NCBI RefSeq assembly: GCF_047465045.1
Contig: NZ_JASHAR010000001.1
Coordinates: forward strand, 87,758 to 111,757
Direction of reading: 5' to 3'
Source of the DNA: Streptococcus mitis
GTDB taxonomy: Bacteria; Bacillota; Bacilli; Lactobacillales; Streptococcaceae
DNA length: 24,000 bases
Shown: positions 8,430 through 17,300 of the stretch, one piece after another
Layout of the letters: each line of letters begins with the position of its first letter
How positions within the stretch are numbered: the stretch's first letter is position 1
Translations under genes and position numbers: made by a program
Notes under the pieces: model-generated
The model's input: the letters and a program-made list of their open reading frames with translations, nothing else
Told to the model about the DNA's origin: nothing
The model's database searches: none

Positions 8430-9365
8430 ATGATTACAACAGTACCTATAAAAAACGCAAAAGACATCGCAGTACCTGATAAAACAGTTCTTGTATTAGG
8501 CTATTTTGACGGTATTCATAAGGGACATCAGAAGCTTTTTGAAGTAGCTAGCAAGGCTTCTATGAAAGATTATCTACCAGTTGTCGTGATGACCTTTACA
8601 GAGTCCCCTAAGCTTGCTTTGCAACCTTACAAGCCAGAATTAATGCTTCATATTGTCAGCCATGAAGAACGAGAACATAAGATGAAATGGCATGGAGTAG
8701 AGGCTCTTTTCTTACTTGACTTTAGTAGTAAATTTGCTAGTTTAACGGGTCAAGAGTTCTTTGATACTTATGTTAGAGCATTAAAACCAGCGATTATTGT
8801 AGCGGGATTTGATTACACGTTTGGTTCTGATAAGAAAACTGCAGATGATCTGAAGGACTACTTTGATGGAGAAATCATCATTGTTCCTCCTGTTGAGGAT
8901 GAAAAGGGGAAAATTAGTTCTACTCGTATTCGTCAAGCTATTCTTGATGGGGATGTCAGAGAAGCTGGTCATTTACTTGGCACTCCTCTACCATCACGCG
9001 GAATGGTTGTTCATGGCAATGCTCGTGGACGGACTATCGGTTACCCAACAGCAAACTTAGTTTTAAGAGATCGAACCTATATGCCAGCAGATGGTGTTTA
9101 CGTAGTCGATATTGAAGTTCAGCGTAAAAGATATCGTGGAATGGCGAGTGTCGGGAAAAATGTTACTTTCGATGGAGAAGAGCCACGTTTTGAAGTCAAT
9201 ATTTTTGATTTTTCAGATGACATTTACGGTGAAACAGTCATTGTCTACTGGCTGGACCGTGTCCGTGAAATGGTCAAATTTGACTCCGTTGATGAACTGG
9301 TAGACCAACTCCAGAAAGATGAAGAAATTGCTCGGAATTGGAAGGATGGATATTCTGTCATTTAA
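8430..9365 (+). CDS. ribF: Bifunctional riboflavin kinase/FAD synthetase
   Basis: GYFDGIHKGHQKLF, SSTRIRQAILDGDVREAGHLLGTP, HGNARGRTIGYPTANL, MASVGKNVTF motifs. Confidence 0.95.
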   Translation: MITTVPIKNAKDIAVPDKTVLVLGYFDGIHKGHQKLFEVASKASMKDYLPVVVMTFTESPKLALQPYKPELMLHIVSHEEREHKMKWHGVEALFLLDFSSKFASLTGQEFFDTYVRALKPAIIVAGFDYTFGSDKKTADDLKDYFDGEIIIVPPVEDEKGKISSTRIRQAILDGDVREAGHLLGTPLPSRGMVVHGNARGRTIGYPTANLVLRDRTYMPADGVYVVDIEVQRKRYRGMASVGKNVTFDGEEPRFEVNIFDFSDDIYGETVIVYWLDRVREMVKFDSVDELVDQLQKDEEIARNWKDGYSVI

Positions 9366-9516
9366 AGGTCTCAGGTATAGAAAACGTCTGAAAAAGCTAC
9401 TAGATGGATTAGTTATTTTGGTAGTAGTTTTGATAGTTTGATACAAAGCACTTTCAGTCCTCCTAGTTTCCTATTTTAGTAACTGTTTATGTTCAAATTA
9501 TAGACGAGGCTTTATT

Positions 9517-10290
9517 ATGCAAACGCAAGAAGAAATGAATGTACTGGTACCTGAAAAATTAGCAGAAATTGAGCGTGATTTCGATGTCACAGTTTTGTGG
9601 GCTATTGAGTCTGGTAGTCGTGCTTGGGGCTTTGAGTCTCCCGATAGTGACTTTGATGTACGATTTATCTACAAACACAAGCAAGATTTTTATCTCCGTT
9701 TGAATGAACAGCGCGATGTTATCGAACTACCAATTGACGATACTTGGGATGTGAGTGGCTGGGATTTAGACAAGACTTTAAAACTTTTTTATAAGTCTAA
9801 TCCTACACTATTTGAATGGTTACAGTCACCAATTGTTTATCAACAAACGGATTTTATCGAGCACATACGTCCACTTGCAACCCAGTATTTTTCTGAGAAA
9901 AAAATGCCGTACCATTACTTGAACACTGCAAGAACTCAAATGAATAAGTATCTTTCAGGAGATAAGGTCAAACCTAAAAAGTATTTCTATGCGCTGCGTC
10001 CTATTTTGGCTTGTCGCTGGATTGAAAAATACCATTCTGTTCCACCGATTTTGTTTGATGATTTGGTCAAAGAATTACTTCCGTCTCAAATGCAGGAGCA
10101 TGTTTCAAGCTTGCTAGACATTAAGATAAATGGGCCTGAAGGTATGGAAATTGATCCGATAATGCCAATCCAGCACTACATCATCAAAAACATCAAAGAG
10201 CTGGATGCATACGTTCAAAGTGTTACCGAGGTGAAGAAAGACTGGAAAGCTCTAAATCAATTTTTTCTTGAAGAATTAGGGCATGACTGA
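9517..10290 (+). CDS. RlaP/YcgL-type nucleotidyltransferase superfamily protein
   Basis: GSRAWGFESPDSDFDVRFIY plus KPKKYFYALRPILACRWI, typical of this family. Confidence 0.85.
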   Translation: MQTQEEMNVLVPEKLAEIERDFDVTVLWAIESGSRAWGFESPDSDFDVRFIYKHKQDFYLRLNEQRDVIELPIDDTWDVSGWDLDKTLKLFYKSNPTLFEWLQSPIVYQQTDFIEHIRPLATQYFSEKKMPYHYLNTARTQMNKYLSGDKVKPKKYFYALRPILACRWIEKYHSVPPILFDDLVKELLPSQMQEHVSSLLDIKINGPEGMEIDPIMPIQHYIIKNIKELDAYVQSVTEVKKDWKALNQFFLEELGHD

Positions 10291-10298
10291 GGTTGTTT

Positions 10299-11351
10299 AT
10301 GGGTAAATGGACATGTAAATGCGGGCAAGCGATGAACGACCATAGGTCGCCCGATTCAAATGCTTATTCAGTTTACTCGGATGAGTTGTTAGTAGAAATC
10401 ATGAATAAAAAAGATGGTAATGATTCAATTTCTTATGAAGACATTTCAGAGGCTTCATTTTATATGTGGAAGTGTCCTGAATGCGGTAGTTTCATGGTTT
10501 TTGGCGAAGACGGAGATGGAGATCGCTTTACTTTTTATGAACGCCAAGAAGTTGAAAAGGTCGAGCCTCTCTTTGATCCGGATCAAGATTTAAATATCGT
10601 TGTTGTTGAGTTTCAGGAGGGAGCAAATGGCTATACTTATATCTGCGATGACCCAAATATCCATATTGGGCATGCAGTTATTGTCCCAGTAGGAAAGGAA
10701 AATACTGAAAAAACTGCTTTAGTTGTGCAGAAGTATCATGCCTTACCAAAGGATATCACTTTTCCTGTTGAAAAGTTAAAACGTGTCATCCGTAGGTATT
10801 CACATTTCGACCCAATCACTTCGAAAAACGTTTGTAGAAATTTAATTAAGCTTAGAAGAATTTTTGATGCTTGCTCTAATAACAATAAACCTGCGCCTCA
10901 GCAAACATATTACGTTATCAAAACTCCCTTAGGCTATTTTTGGTTAGAATTAAATGGAGTTCCGATTACAATGAAAATCACACAGATTCAAGTCAAAGAT
11001 AAAAAGTACCAAGTAGATAGCGCCCTTTATATAAAGCCTTCAGAGATTAACTGTAGAAGATTCTATGAACTAGAGTTGTGTGCTGATTTTGATATTGATG
11101 CCTCGAGATGGATCGATGTTCTCTCGGATGAAAACGTTTGGGGCAATAGCTGGGAACTAAATGGCCTTCAATTTGGTATTACTGCAGGGGAGTCTCCAGA
11201 ATTTGAAGACGAAGTTGTAGCAAGAAAGTATAGTCGTGTCCCACTTTATTATGACTGGCACCCTGAATTTGAAGATTATTATGGATTCAGCTTAGCTTGG
11301 AAAAAATACGAATCTGATAGCGATTTGTCGATAGATTTTTATACAACATAA
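10299..11351 (+). CDS. Uncharacterised protein with N-terminal zinc-ribbon-like cysteine clusters
   Basis: WTCKCG and MWKCPECGSFM; starts 8 nt after the nucleotidyltransferase stop (track ORF begins 10293, ATG at 10299). Confidence 0.7.
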   Translation: MGKWTCKCGQAMNDHRSPDSNAYSVYSDELLVEIMNKKDGNDSISYEDISEASFYMWKCPECGSFMVFGEDGDGDRFTFYERQEVEKVEPLFDPDQDLNIVVVEFQEGANGYTYICDDPNIHIGHAVIVPVGKENTEKTALVVQKYHALPKDITFPVEKLKRVIRRYSHFDPITSKNVCRNLIKLRRIFDACSNNNKPAPQQTYYVIKTPLGYFWLELNGVPITMKITQIQVKDKKYQVDSALYIKPSEINCRRFYELELCADFDIDASRWIDVLSDENVWGNSWELNGLQFGITAGESPEFEDEVVARKYSRVPLYYDWHPEFEDYYGFSLAWKKYESDSDLSIDFYTT

Positions 11352-11401
11352 GAAAGTTATAAAACATCAAAAATGACATCTTACTATAGACTATTTAATA
11401 A

Positions 11402-11455
11402 AAAACGAACAGGCTCTTTTTCTGTCATTCAGAAGAGAACTTGTTCGTTTTGTTT
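11402..11455. terminator. Probable bidirectional terminator between convergent genes
   Basis: AAAACGAACA (11402-11411) pairs with TGTTCGTTTT (11442-11451), with an inner CTCTTTTTCTG/CAGAAGAG pairing. Confidence 0.7.
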
Positions 11456-11476
11456 TTTATGGATTTAGTTTGCTTT

Positions 11477-12292
11477 TTAAAACACGCGATACACATAGGG
11501 ATTTTCTGGTTTATCGACCTTGGTAAAGCTGTCGATTTCCAAGGTTGGGAGGTTTTGTTTGAGTTCTTTATGATAGTGATTGACTAATTTTCCTTTGGCT
11601 GTTATCCAGGTGTTATTCTCATACTGACGGGTATTTCCCTTGGTCAGCAATCCATAGACACCTGAATCCGCGATACAGTGAATAATGCCGAAGCGGAATA
11701 GAAATTGGCTATTGGCATGACTGGGGTCGTTATAGACAAAGCCTGTGAACTGGACTGTCTTGCCCTCAAATTCATCTGGATAGTCGTAGATAGCCTCCAT
11801 GACTTCCATATAGTTTTCATTAGTGATCTGAATACTATCTTGGGACAAGTATTTATCCGCCGCAGTTCGCATTTCCTTTTCATAGGCTGATTTTGAAAAA
11901 TAAGAACTGGTATCTGGTTTCAAATATTGGCTTGTTGTCCCTTCACTTGTCTGAATGGCTTGATCCGTGCCTTCTGATAAGGGGAAATGATAGCCTTTGG
12001 CTGAAACGGTCTGAGAATCCAAGCTAACAGTTGGAAAAGTTAAGCCAACGACAATTGGAATGGCAAGAAGAGCAACACTCGTCACCTTAGCCATTCGGCT
12101 GTTCAGATGGCTATGGGTTTTGACTTGCTTCATCCAGATATACAATTGAACAATAGCCAAGATAAAGGAAAGTACCATGGAAATATAGGCCAGATAGGAA
12201 TAGTGCATGTTGATGTACTGGTTTAATTTGCCCGACAGATGGAGATAAATAGTCAATTCAAAATAGCCAGCTAAAACTAAAAATCGAATCAT
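11477..12292 (-). CDS. TIGR03943-type putative permease subunit
   Basis: N-terminal hydrophobic segments and C-terminal YDYPDEFEGKTVQFTGFVYNDP..FRFGIIHCIADSGVYGLL; overlaps the upstream permease gene by 4 nt. Confidence 0.8.
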   Translation of the reverse strand: MIRFLVLAGYFELTIYLHLSGKLNQYINMHYSYLAYISMVLSFILAIVQLYIWMKQVKTHSHLNSRMAKVTSVALLAIPIVVGLTFPTVSLDSQTVSAKGYHFPLSEGTDQAIQTSEGTTSQYLKPDTSSYFSKSAYEKEMRTAADKYLSQDSIQITNENYMEVMEAIYDYPDEFEGKTVQFTGFVYNDPSHANSQFLFRFGIIHCIADSGVYGLLTKGNTRQYENNTWITAKGKLVNHYHKELKQNLPTLEIDSFTKVDKPENPYVYRVF

Positions 12293-13194
12293 AGGATGAC
12301 TCCAATCAAGAGAGAATACACTAAGACGACAAGAGTCACAATCATAATGAAGTGACTGATAAATCGTGCTTTCAAGTAATTTTTCATCATGAGAATATTT
12401 TTGATATCCAGCATTGGGCCAATGACGAGAAAGGCCAAAACTGGTGCTAAGCCGAAACTCGATAGAAGAGAAGCCCCGATAAAGGCATCCGCCTCACTAC
12501 AGAGCGACAGAAGAAAGGCCAAAAGCATCAAAAGCAGGATGGCAAAAAGAGGGGTTGCGCTGATAGAGGTTAGAATCCGAGTCGGAACATAAACCTGTAT
12601 AACAGAGGCAAAGAGACAGCCAAATACCAAATAACGCCCCGTATCAAAAAATTCATCAATGGCTTGCACAAAAACTTGAAAAACTTTTTTTGCAGGACTC
12701 AAATGAGAAAAATCGTGCTCATGACAGGCCAAACGATTTTCTTTTTGAATCGGTTCTTGCCAGAAAAATCCTAGAAAAATCCCAAGTATCACAGCCACAA
12801 GAATGGACCCTAGAGCTCGTAACAGGGCGACGTGGAATGAGTTTCCAAAGGCAGAATAGGTCGCAAAGAGAACAATAGGATTGATAACAGGTGCTGTTAC
12901 AAGAAAGGGAAAAGCCGTATAACTGGGAACCTTTTTTTCCAGAAAACGATTGATAATGGGGACAATCCCACATTCACAAGAAGGGAAAAGTATCCCAACG
13001 AAGGTGCCAAAAAAGATTCTCCCCCAACGATTTCGAGGGAGAAAATGATAAACCTTTTCAGGTGTGATATAAACCTCAATCAGTCCTGAAACAATACTTC
13101 CTATCAGAACGAAGGGTAGGGCTTCAATAATTATAGAGAGAAAAATAGCCCCAGTCTGAAGCACACTAGACGGGAGTTGTTGGAAAGCAGTCAT
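12289..13194 (-). CDS. DUF318/UPF0718-type permease
   Basis: Polytopic; IVGILFPSCECGIVPIINRFLEKKVPSYTAFPFLVTAPVINPIVL and CSEADAFIGASLL motifs. Confidence 0.85.
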   Translation of the reverse strand: MTAFQQLPSSVLQTGAIFLSIIIEALPFVLIGSIVSGLIEVYITPEKVYHFLPRNRWGRIFFGTFVGILFPSCECGIVPIINRFLEKKVPSYTAFPFLVTAPVINPIVLFATYSAFGNSFHVALLRALGSILVAVILGIFLGFFWQEPIQKENRLACHEHDFSHLSPAKKVFQVFVQAIDEFFDTGRYLVFGCLFASVIQVYVPTRILTSISATPLFAILLLMLLAFLLSLCSEADAFIGASLLSSFGLAPVLAFLVIGPMLDIKNILMMKNYLKARFISHFIMIVTLVVLVYSLLIGVIL

Positions 13195-13326
13195 CTAGTT
13201 TTTCTTTTCTGCTTTGGCTTTTTTCTCTTTGTCATCAGGGAAAGTGACTTGTTTCAAATCAGGGAGTTTAGCAAACTCTTCAAACATCTTGTCCAAGTCA
13301 TCAGTTTTTGTAAATTTTACAGCCAT
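13195..13326 (-). CDS. Missed 43-aa small ORF, first gene of the permease operon: MAVKFTKTDDLDKMFEEFAKLPDLKQVTFPDDKEKKAKAEKKN
   Basis: ATG at 13326 (minus), TAG ends at 13195, directly abutting the permease start at 13194. Absent from the supplied ORF track. Confidence 0.65.
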   Translation of the reverse strand: MAVKFTKTDDLDKMFEEFAKLPDLKQVTFPDDKEKKAKAEKKN

Positions 13327-13478
13327 AGGTGCACCTCGATTCTAAATTCTACTTCTATTATACTATTATTTTAAGGAAAAGGGAAAAGTTAAAATTGAGT
13401 ATCTAACGAATAATAGAGCGTGATATATCCTAATATACACTATGATTGTGATATAATAATTTTGGAATAACGGAGGGA

Positions 13479-13862
13479 ATGATGGAACATAAAAAGATCG
13501 GTCAGGTTACTGACGAAGTAAAAGAAATTTTTAATATTGTTCTTGAAGCTAGTGATATCAAAGTTAACAAAGAAGGTTTAAGAAGTCATATGTTGAAACG
13601 GCATCATAATGACGTGATTCATCATATCGAAGATCTGGAACTTATACTAAGTAATCCAGATTTCGTTGGGGTCAATCCACGAGAGAAAGATGCTAGTTTT
13701 GAATATGTTAAAAGATTTGATGATAATGTTCTTGTTGCGATTAAGTTACATAAAAGTGGTGATTTCTTTTATGTTCCGACCATGTATCGTTTACAAGATT
13801 TCAAGTTACAAAGTCGTATTAAGTCTGGTAGATTGAGAAAGCTTGACAAAAAAAGTAGATAG
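13479..13862 (+). CDS. PBECR/BECR-fold RNase-like protein (uncharacterised)
   Basis: RSHMLKRHHNDVIHHIEDLELILSNPDFVGVNPREKDASFEYVKRFDDNVLVAIKLHKSGDFFYVPTMYRL resembles the phage Barnase-EndoU-ColicinE5/D-RelE-like nuclease families; RBS CGGAGGG. Confidence 0.55.
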   Translation: MMEHKKIGQVTDEVKEIFNIVLEASDIKVNKEGLRSHMLKRHHNDVIHHIEDLELILSNPDFVGVNPREKDASFEYVKRFDDNVLVAIKLHKSGDFFYVPTMYRLQDFKLQSRIKSGRLRKLDKKSR

Positions 13863-13871
13863 TGCTAGAAT
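13843..13871 (+). promoter_or_regulatory. Near-consensus promoter TTGACA-N17-TAGAAT with TGn extended -10, inside the 3' end of 13479-13862
   Basis: TTGACA 13843-13848, TGC 13863-13865, TAGAAT 13866-13871. Confidence 0.8.
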
Positions 13872-13877
13872 AACATT

Positions 13878-14001
13878 AACGAAAGACATTTGAGGGCAGA
13901 AAGGTTCCTGCCGCACCTTGAATAAGGTATCTGAGATGCTGGGTACACCGACCAGCCAAGTGTCCGTTATTTCAAAGGAGGGGCTTAAATGCTCCTTTTT
14001 T
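13878..14001 (+). ncRNA. Putative ~120-nt independently transcribed structured RNA (multi-hairpin junction closed by a long outer stem)
   Basis: Consensus promoter, closing stem GACATTTG/CAAGTGTC plus AACG/CGTT, three internal perfect 5-bp hairpins and one short 3-bp stem, ending in a terminator; no ORF over the structured part. Confidence 0.75.
13974..14001 (+). terminator. Intrinsic terminator of the putative RNA
   Basis: AAAGGAG-gggcttaaatg-CTCCTTT followed by a T-run. Confidence 0.75.
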
Positions 14002-14286
14002 ATTTGAAATTTCAAGATAGATTACACTCACTGCAGGCTCAGGCTTGCGATTTTTTATTTGCTCTGAAAATTGATTCGTTAACTTCAACAAATAGCTTTA
14101 TAAAGCGGTTTGTAAAAAATAAAAACAGTGAAATTACTCATAGATTCTTTTGTAATCTAGTAGAATTTTAAATTGAAACCTTCTCAATAAATAGAATATT
14201 GAAATGAAGCAAATTTATTCACCAACTTATGTTTTAAAATTGTAAGAGATAATTTGAATAAGATTGGCTTATGGTATAATAGATTC

Positions 14287-16416
14287 ATGGATAAAAAATA
14301 TGAAAAAATCTCCCAGGATTTGGGAGTGACGTTAAAGCAAATTGATACCGTTCTAAGTTTAACAGCTGAAGGGGCGACGATTCCCTTTATCGCGCGTTAT
14401 CGCAAGGACATGACTGGTAGTCTGGACGAGGTGGCGATTAAGGCCATTATTGATTTGGATAAAAGTCTGACCAGCCTCAACGACCGTAAGGAAGCTGTCT
14501 TGGCTAAGATTCAAGAACAAGGCAAGCTGACCAAGGAATTGGAGGAAGCTATCTTAGCTGCCGAAAAATTAGCTGACGTAGAAGAACTCTACCTTCCTTA
14601 CAAGGAAAAACGTCGAACCAAGGCAACTATTGCCCGTGAAGCCGGACTCTTTCCGCTTGCTCGCTTGATTTTGCAGAATGTAACTGACTTAGAGAAGGAA
14701 GCTGAAAAGTTCGTCTGTGAAGGATTTGTGACTGGTAAGGAGGCCTTGGGTGGTGCAGTTGATATCTTGGTCGAAGCCTTATCGGAAGATGTGACCTTGC
14801 GTTCCATGACTTATCAGGAAGTTCTGAGACACTCTAAACTCACTTCTCAAGTCAAGGATGAAAGTCTTGATGAAAAGCAGGTTTTTCAAATTTACTATGA
14901 TTTTTCAGAGACAGTTGGAAATATGCAGGGTTATCGTACCTTAGCCCTTAATCGTGGGGAGAAGCTAGGTGTCTTGAAGGTCGGTTTTGAACATGCAACG
15001 GACCGCATTCTTACCTTCTTTGCAGCTCGTTTCAAGGTAAAAAATACCTATATTGATGAAGTTGTTCAACAGTCAGTTAAGAAAAAAGTTTTGCCTGCTA
15101 TCGAGCGACGTATTCGGACAGAATTGACTGAGAAAGCAGAAGAAGGGGCTATCCAACTCTTTTCGGACAATCTGCGCAATCTTCTCTTGGTTGCTCCGCT
15201 GAAAGGGCGCATGGTTCTTGGGTTTGACCCAGCCTTTCGTACAGGTGCCAAGCTAGCTGTCGTGGATGCAACAGGAAAAATGCTGACAACTCAGGTCATT
15301 TATCCTGTCAAACCAGCATCAGCTCGTCAAATCGAAGAAGCTAAGAAAGATCTGGCAGACTTGATTGGTCAATACGGCGTGGAAATCATTGCCATCGGAA
15401 ATGGTACTGCTAGTCGTGAAAGTGAAGCCTTTGTGGCGGAAGTTCTTAAAGATTTCCCTGAAGTCAGCTATGTTATCGTCAATGAAAGTGGTGCTTCTGT
15501 CTATTCTGCTAGTGAATTAGCTCGTCAGGAGTTTCCAGACTTGACCGTTGAAAAACGCTCTGCTATTTCTATCGCCCGTCGTTTACAAGATCCCCTTGCG
15601 GAATTGGTCAAAATCGATCCTAAGTCAATTGGGGTCGGTCAGTACCAGCACGATGTCAGCCAGAAGAAATTGTCTGAAAGTTTGGACTTTGTCGTCGATA
15701 CAGTGGTAAACCAAGTCGGTGTCAATGTCAATACGGCCAGCCCAGCTCTACTTTCACACGTAGCTGGACTCAACAAAACTATCTCTGAAAATATTGTCAA
15801 ATACCGTGAAGAAGAAGGGAAAATCATTTCACGCGCCCAAATCAAGAAAGTTCCTCGTCTGGGAGCCAAGGCCTTTGAACAGGCTGCTGGTTTCCTTCGT
15901 ATCCCTGAAAGTAGCAATATCCTTGATAATACAGGAGTTCACCCAGAAAATTACTCTGCCGTTAAGGAACTCTTCAAACGTTTAGATATTAAAGACCTAA
16001 ACGAAGAAGCCCAAAGCAAACTCAAGTCGATTTCAGTCAAAGATATGGCGCAAGAGCTAGACCTTGGTCCAGAAACTCTTAAAGATATCATTGCCGATCT
16101 TCTCAAACCAGGTCGAGATTTCCGTGATTCCTTTGACGCACCTGTGCTTCGTCAAGATGTCTTGGATATTAAAGACTTAAAAGTCGGCCAGAAGCTGGAA
16201 GGTGTTGTGCGTAACGTCGTTGACTTCGGTGCATTCGTTGATATCGGGATTCACGAGGACGGCTTGATTCATATTTCCCATATGAGTCGCAAATTTATTA
16301 AACACCCAAGCCAAGTGGTGTCCGTCGGAGATTTGGTAACAGTTTGGGTTAAGAAAATCGATACTGAACGTGAAAAAGTCAATCTGTCGCTCCTCGCTCC
16401 AAATGAAACTGACTGA
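14287..16416 (+). CDS. tex: Tex family S1 RNA-binding / YqgF-like transcription accessory protein (ATG 14287 preferred over track start 14254)
   Basis: [51 protein letters not shown] and C-terminal S1 domain [32 protein letters not shown]. Confidence 0.95.
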   Translation: MDKKYEKISQDLGVTLKQIDTVLSLTAEGATIPFIARYRKDMTGSLDEVAIKAIIDLDKSLTSLNDRKEAVLAKIQEQGKLTKELEEAILAAEKLADVEELYLPYKEKRRTKATIAREAGLFPLARLILQNVTDLEKEAEKFVCEGFVTGKEALGGAVDILVEALSEDVTLRSMTYQEVLRHSKLTSQVKDESLDEKQVFQIYYDFSETVGNMQGYRTLALNRGEKLGVLKVGFEHATDRILTFFAARFKVKNTYIDEVVQQSVKKKVLPAIERRIRTELTEKAEEGAIQLFSDNLRNLLLVAPLKGRMVLGFDPAFRTGAKLAVVDATGKMLTTQVIYPVKPASARQIEEAKKDLADLIGQYGVEIIAIGNGTASRESEAFVAEVLKDFPEVSYVIVNESGASVYSASELARQEFPDLTVEKRSAISIARRLQDPLAELVKIDPKSIGVGQYQHDVSQKKLSESLDFVVDTVVNQVGVNVNTASPALLSHVAGLNKTISENIVKYREEEGKIISRAQIKKVPRLGAKAFEQAAGFLRIPESSNILDNTGVHPENYSAVKELFKRLDIKDLNEEAQSKLKSISVKDMAQELDLGPETLKDIIADLLKPGRDFRDSFDAPVLRQDVLDIKDLKVGQKLEGVVRNVVDFGAFVDIGIHEDGLIHISHMSRKFIKHPSQVVSVGDLVTVWVKKIDTEREKVNLSLLAPNETD

Positions 16417-16852
16417 TTATGTTAAGCAGGTTTCACTAGAAGACTTCGGCAGACCTTTTATCCATCATGTCCAGTGGAATAGGCGTCTACGTTCGACAGG
16501 TGGGCGTTTTTTCCCTAAAGATGGGCATTTAGATTTTAACCCTAAGGTTTATCAAGAACTGGGTTTGGATGTTTTTAGGAAAATTGTCCGACATGAACTC
16601 TGTCATTATCACCTCTATTTTCAAGGGAAGGGCTATCAACACAAGGATCGGGATTTTAAGGAACTGTTGAAAGCAGTGGATGGATTACGCTTTGTACCCT
16701 CCTTGACAAATAGCCACTCTAAACCACTCAAACTCTATCGTTGTCAATCCTGCCAGCAAAGGTATCAGCGTAAGCGAAAGATTGATACCAAACGCTATCG
16801 CTGTGGAGTTTGTAGAGGTAAATTGCTACTAATAAATCAGCCTGAGGACTGA
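16403..16852 (+). CDS. SprT-like protein
   Basis: [11 protein letters not shown] zinc-protease motif, FRKIVRHE, C-terminal Cys4 zinc ribbon (CQSC/CGVCRG). Confidence 0.9.
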   Translation: MKLTDYVKQVSLEDFGRPFIHHVQWNRRLRSTGGRFFPKDGHLDFNPKVYQELGLDVFRKIVRHELCHYHLYFQGKGYQHKDRDFKELLKAVDGLRFVPSLTNSHSKPLKLYRCQSCQQRYQRKRKIDTKRYRCGVCRGKLLLINQPED

Positions 16853-16910
16853 TGAAAGCCGAGCCTACCCGTGATATACTGTGTCTAACCTAGTAGAAAG
16901 AGGAAAAATC

Positions 16911-17183
16911 ATGAACAGTAAATTTTATAAAATGAGACGAAATCGCATGATTTCAGGAGTTCTGGCAGGTCTGTCAGATAAGTGGAACTTTGATGTTACC
17001 CTTGTTCGTTTCTTGTTTGCCATTTTTACAGTTGCAAACTTTGGACTTGGCGTGATTATCTATATCATCCTAGCTTCTGTCATGCCGACTAAGGAAGAAA
17101 TCGAAGCAGAAATGTATGGAACAGGCCCACGCAAACGCAAGGAAGCCCAAGCCATTGACGATAATGAAGGCTGGTTTTGGTGA
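16911..17183 (+). CDS. PspC-domain small membrane protein
   Basis: MISGVLAGLSDKWNFDVTLVRFLFAIFTVANFGLGVIIYIILASVMP. Confidence 0.9.
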   Translation: MNSKFYKMRRNRMISGVLAGLSDKWNFDVTLVRFLFAIFTVANFGLGVIIYIILASVMPTKEEIEAEMYGTGPRKRKEAQAIDDNEGWFW

Positions 17184-17197
17184 GGTAAATAATGAAA

Positions 17198-17231
17198 TAA
17201 GCTTTGTTTTATAAAAGACAAGGCTTTTTTT
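17198..17231 (+). terminator. Intrinsic terminator after the PspC-domain gene
   Basis: AAGCTTTG ... CAAGGCTT stem (one G-U) followed by a long T-run. Confidence 0.7.
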
Positions 17232-17236
17232 TCATC

Positions 17237-17266
17237 TTGTCAGAATCTATGCCTAAATGGTATAAT
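17237..17266 (+). promoter_or_regulatory. Promoter of the three-gene cassette: TTGTCA-N18-(TGG)TATAAT
   Basis: TTGTCA 17237-17242, extended -10 TGG-TATAAT 17258-17266, 34 bp before ATG 17301. Confidence 0.75.
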
Positions 17267-17300
17267 AAGCGTATAAAAATAATTTGACAGGAAATGTATT

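Noticed and set aside
4232-9446. Antisense and out-of-frame ORFs in the track overlapping rnc, smc and ribF
   Set aside because: All lie inside strongly supported genes, show low-complexity or shadow-frame composition, and lack their own RBS or family signatures.
13885-13964. Cloverleaf-like RNA considered as a tRNA or tmRNA
   Set aside because: No 7-bp acceptor with CCA or discriminator arrangement, no canonical GTTCRA T-loop, and no 7-bp anticodon loop; hairpin sizes do not fit a tRNA. It is kept as an unclassified ncRNA.
13989-14171. 60-aa plus-strand ORF overlapping the ncRNA terminator
   Set aside because: It starts inside the terminator stem region, lacks a convincing RBS, and its sequence shows no family features.
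14254-14286. Track start of tex at TTG 14254
   Set aside because: It overlaps the extended -10 TATAAT at 14275-14280; ATG 14287 gives the canonical N-terminus [13 protein letters not shown].
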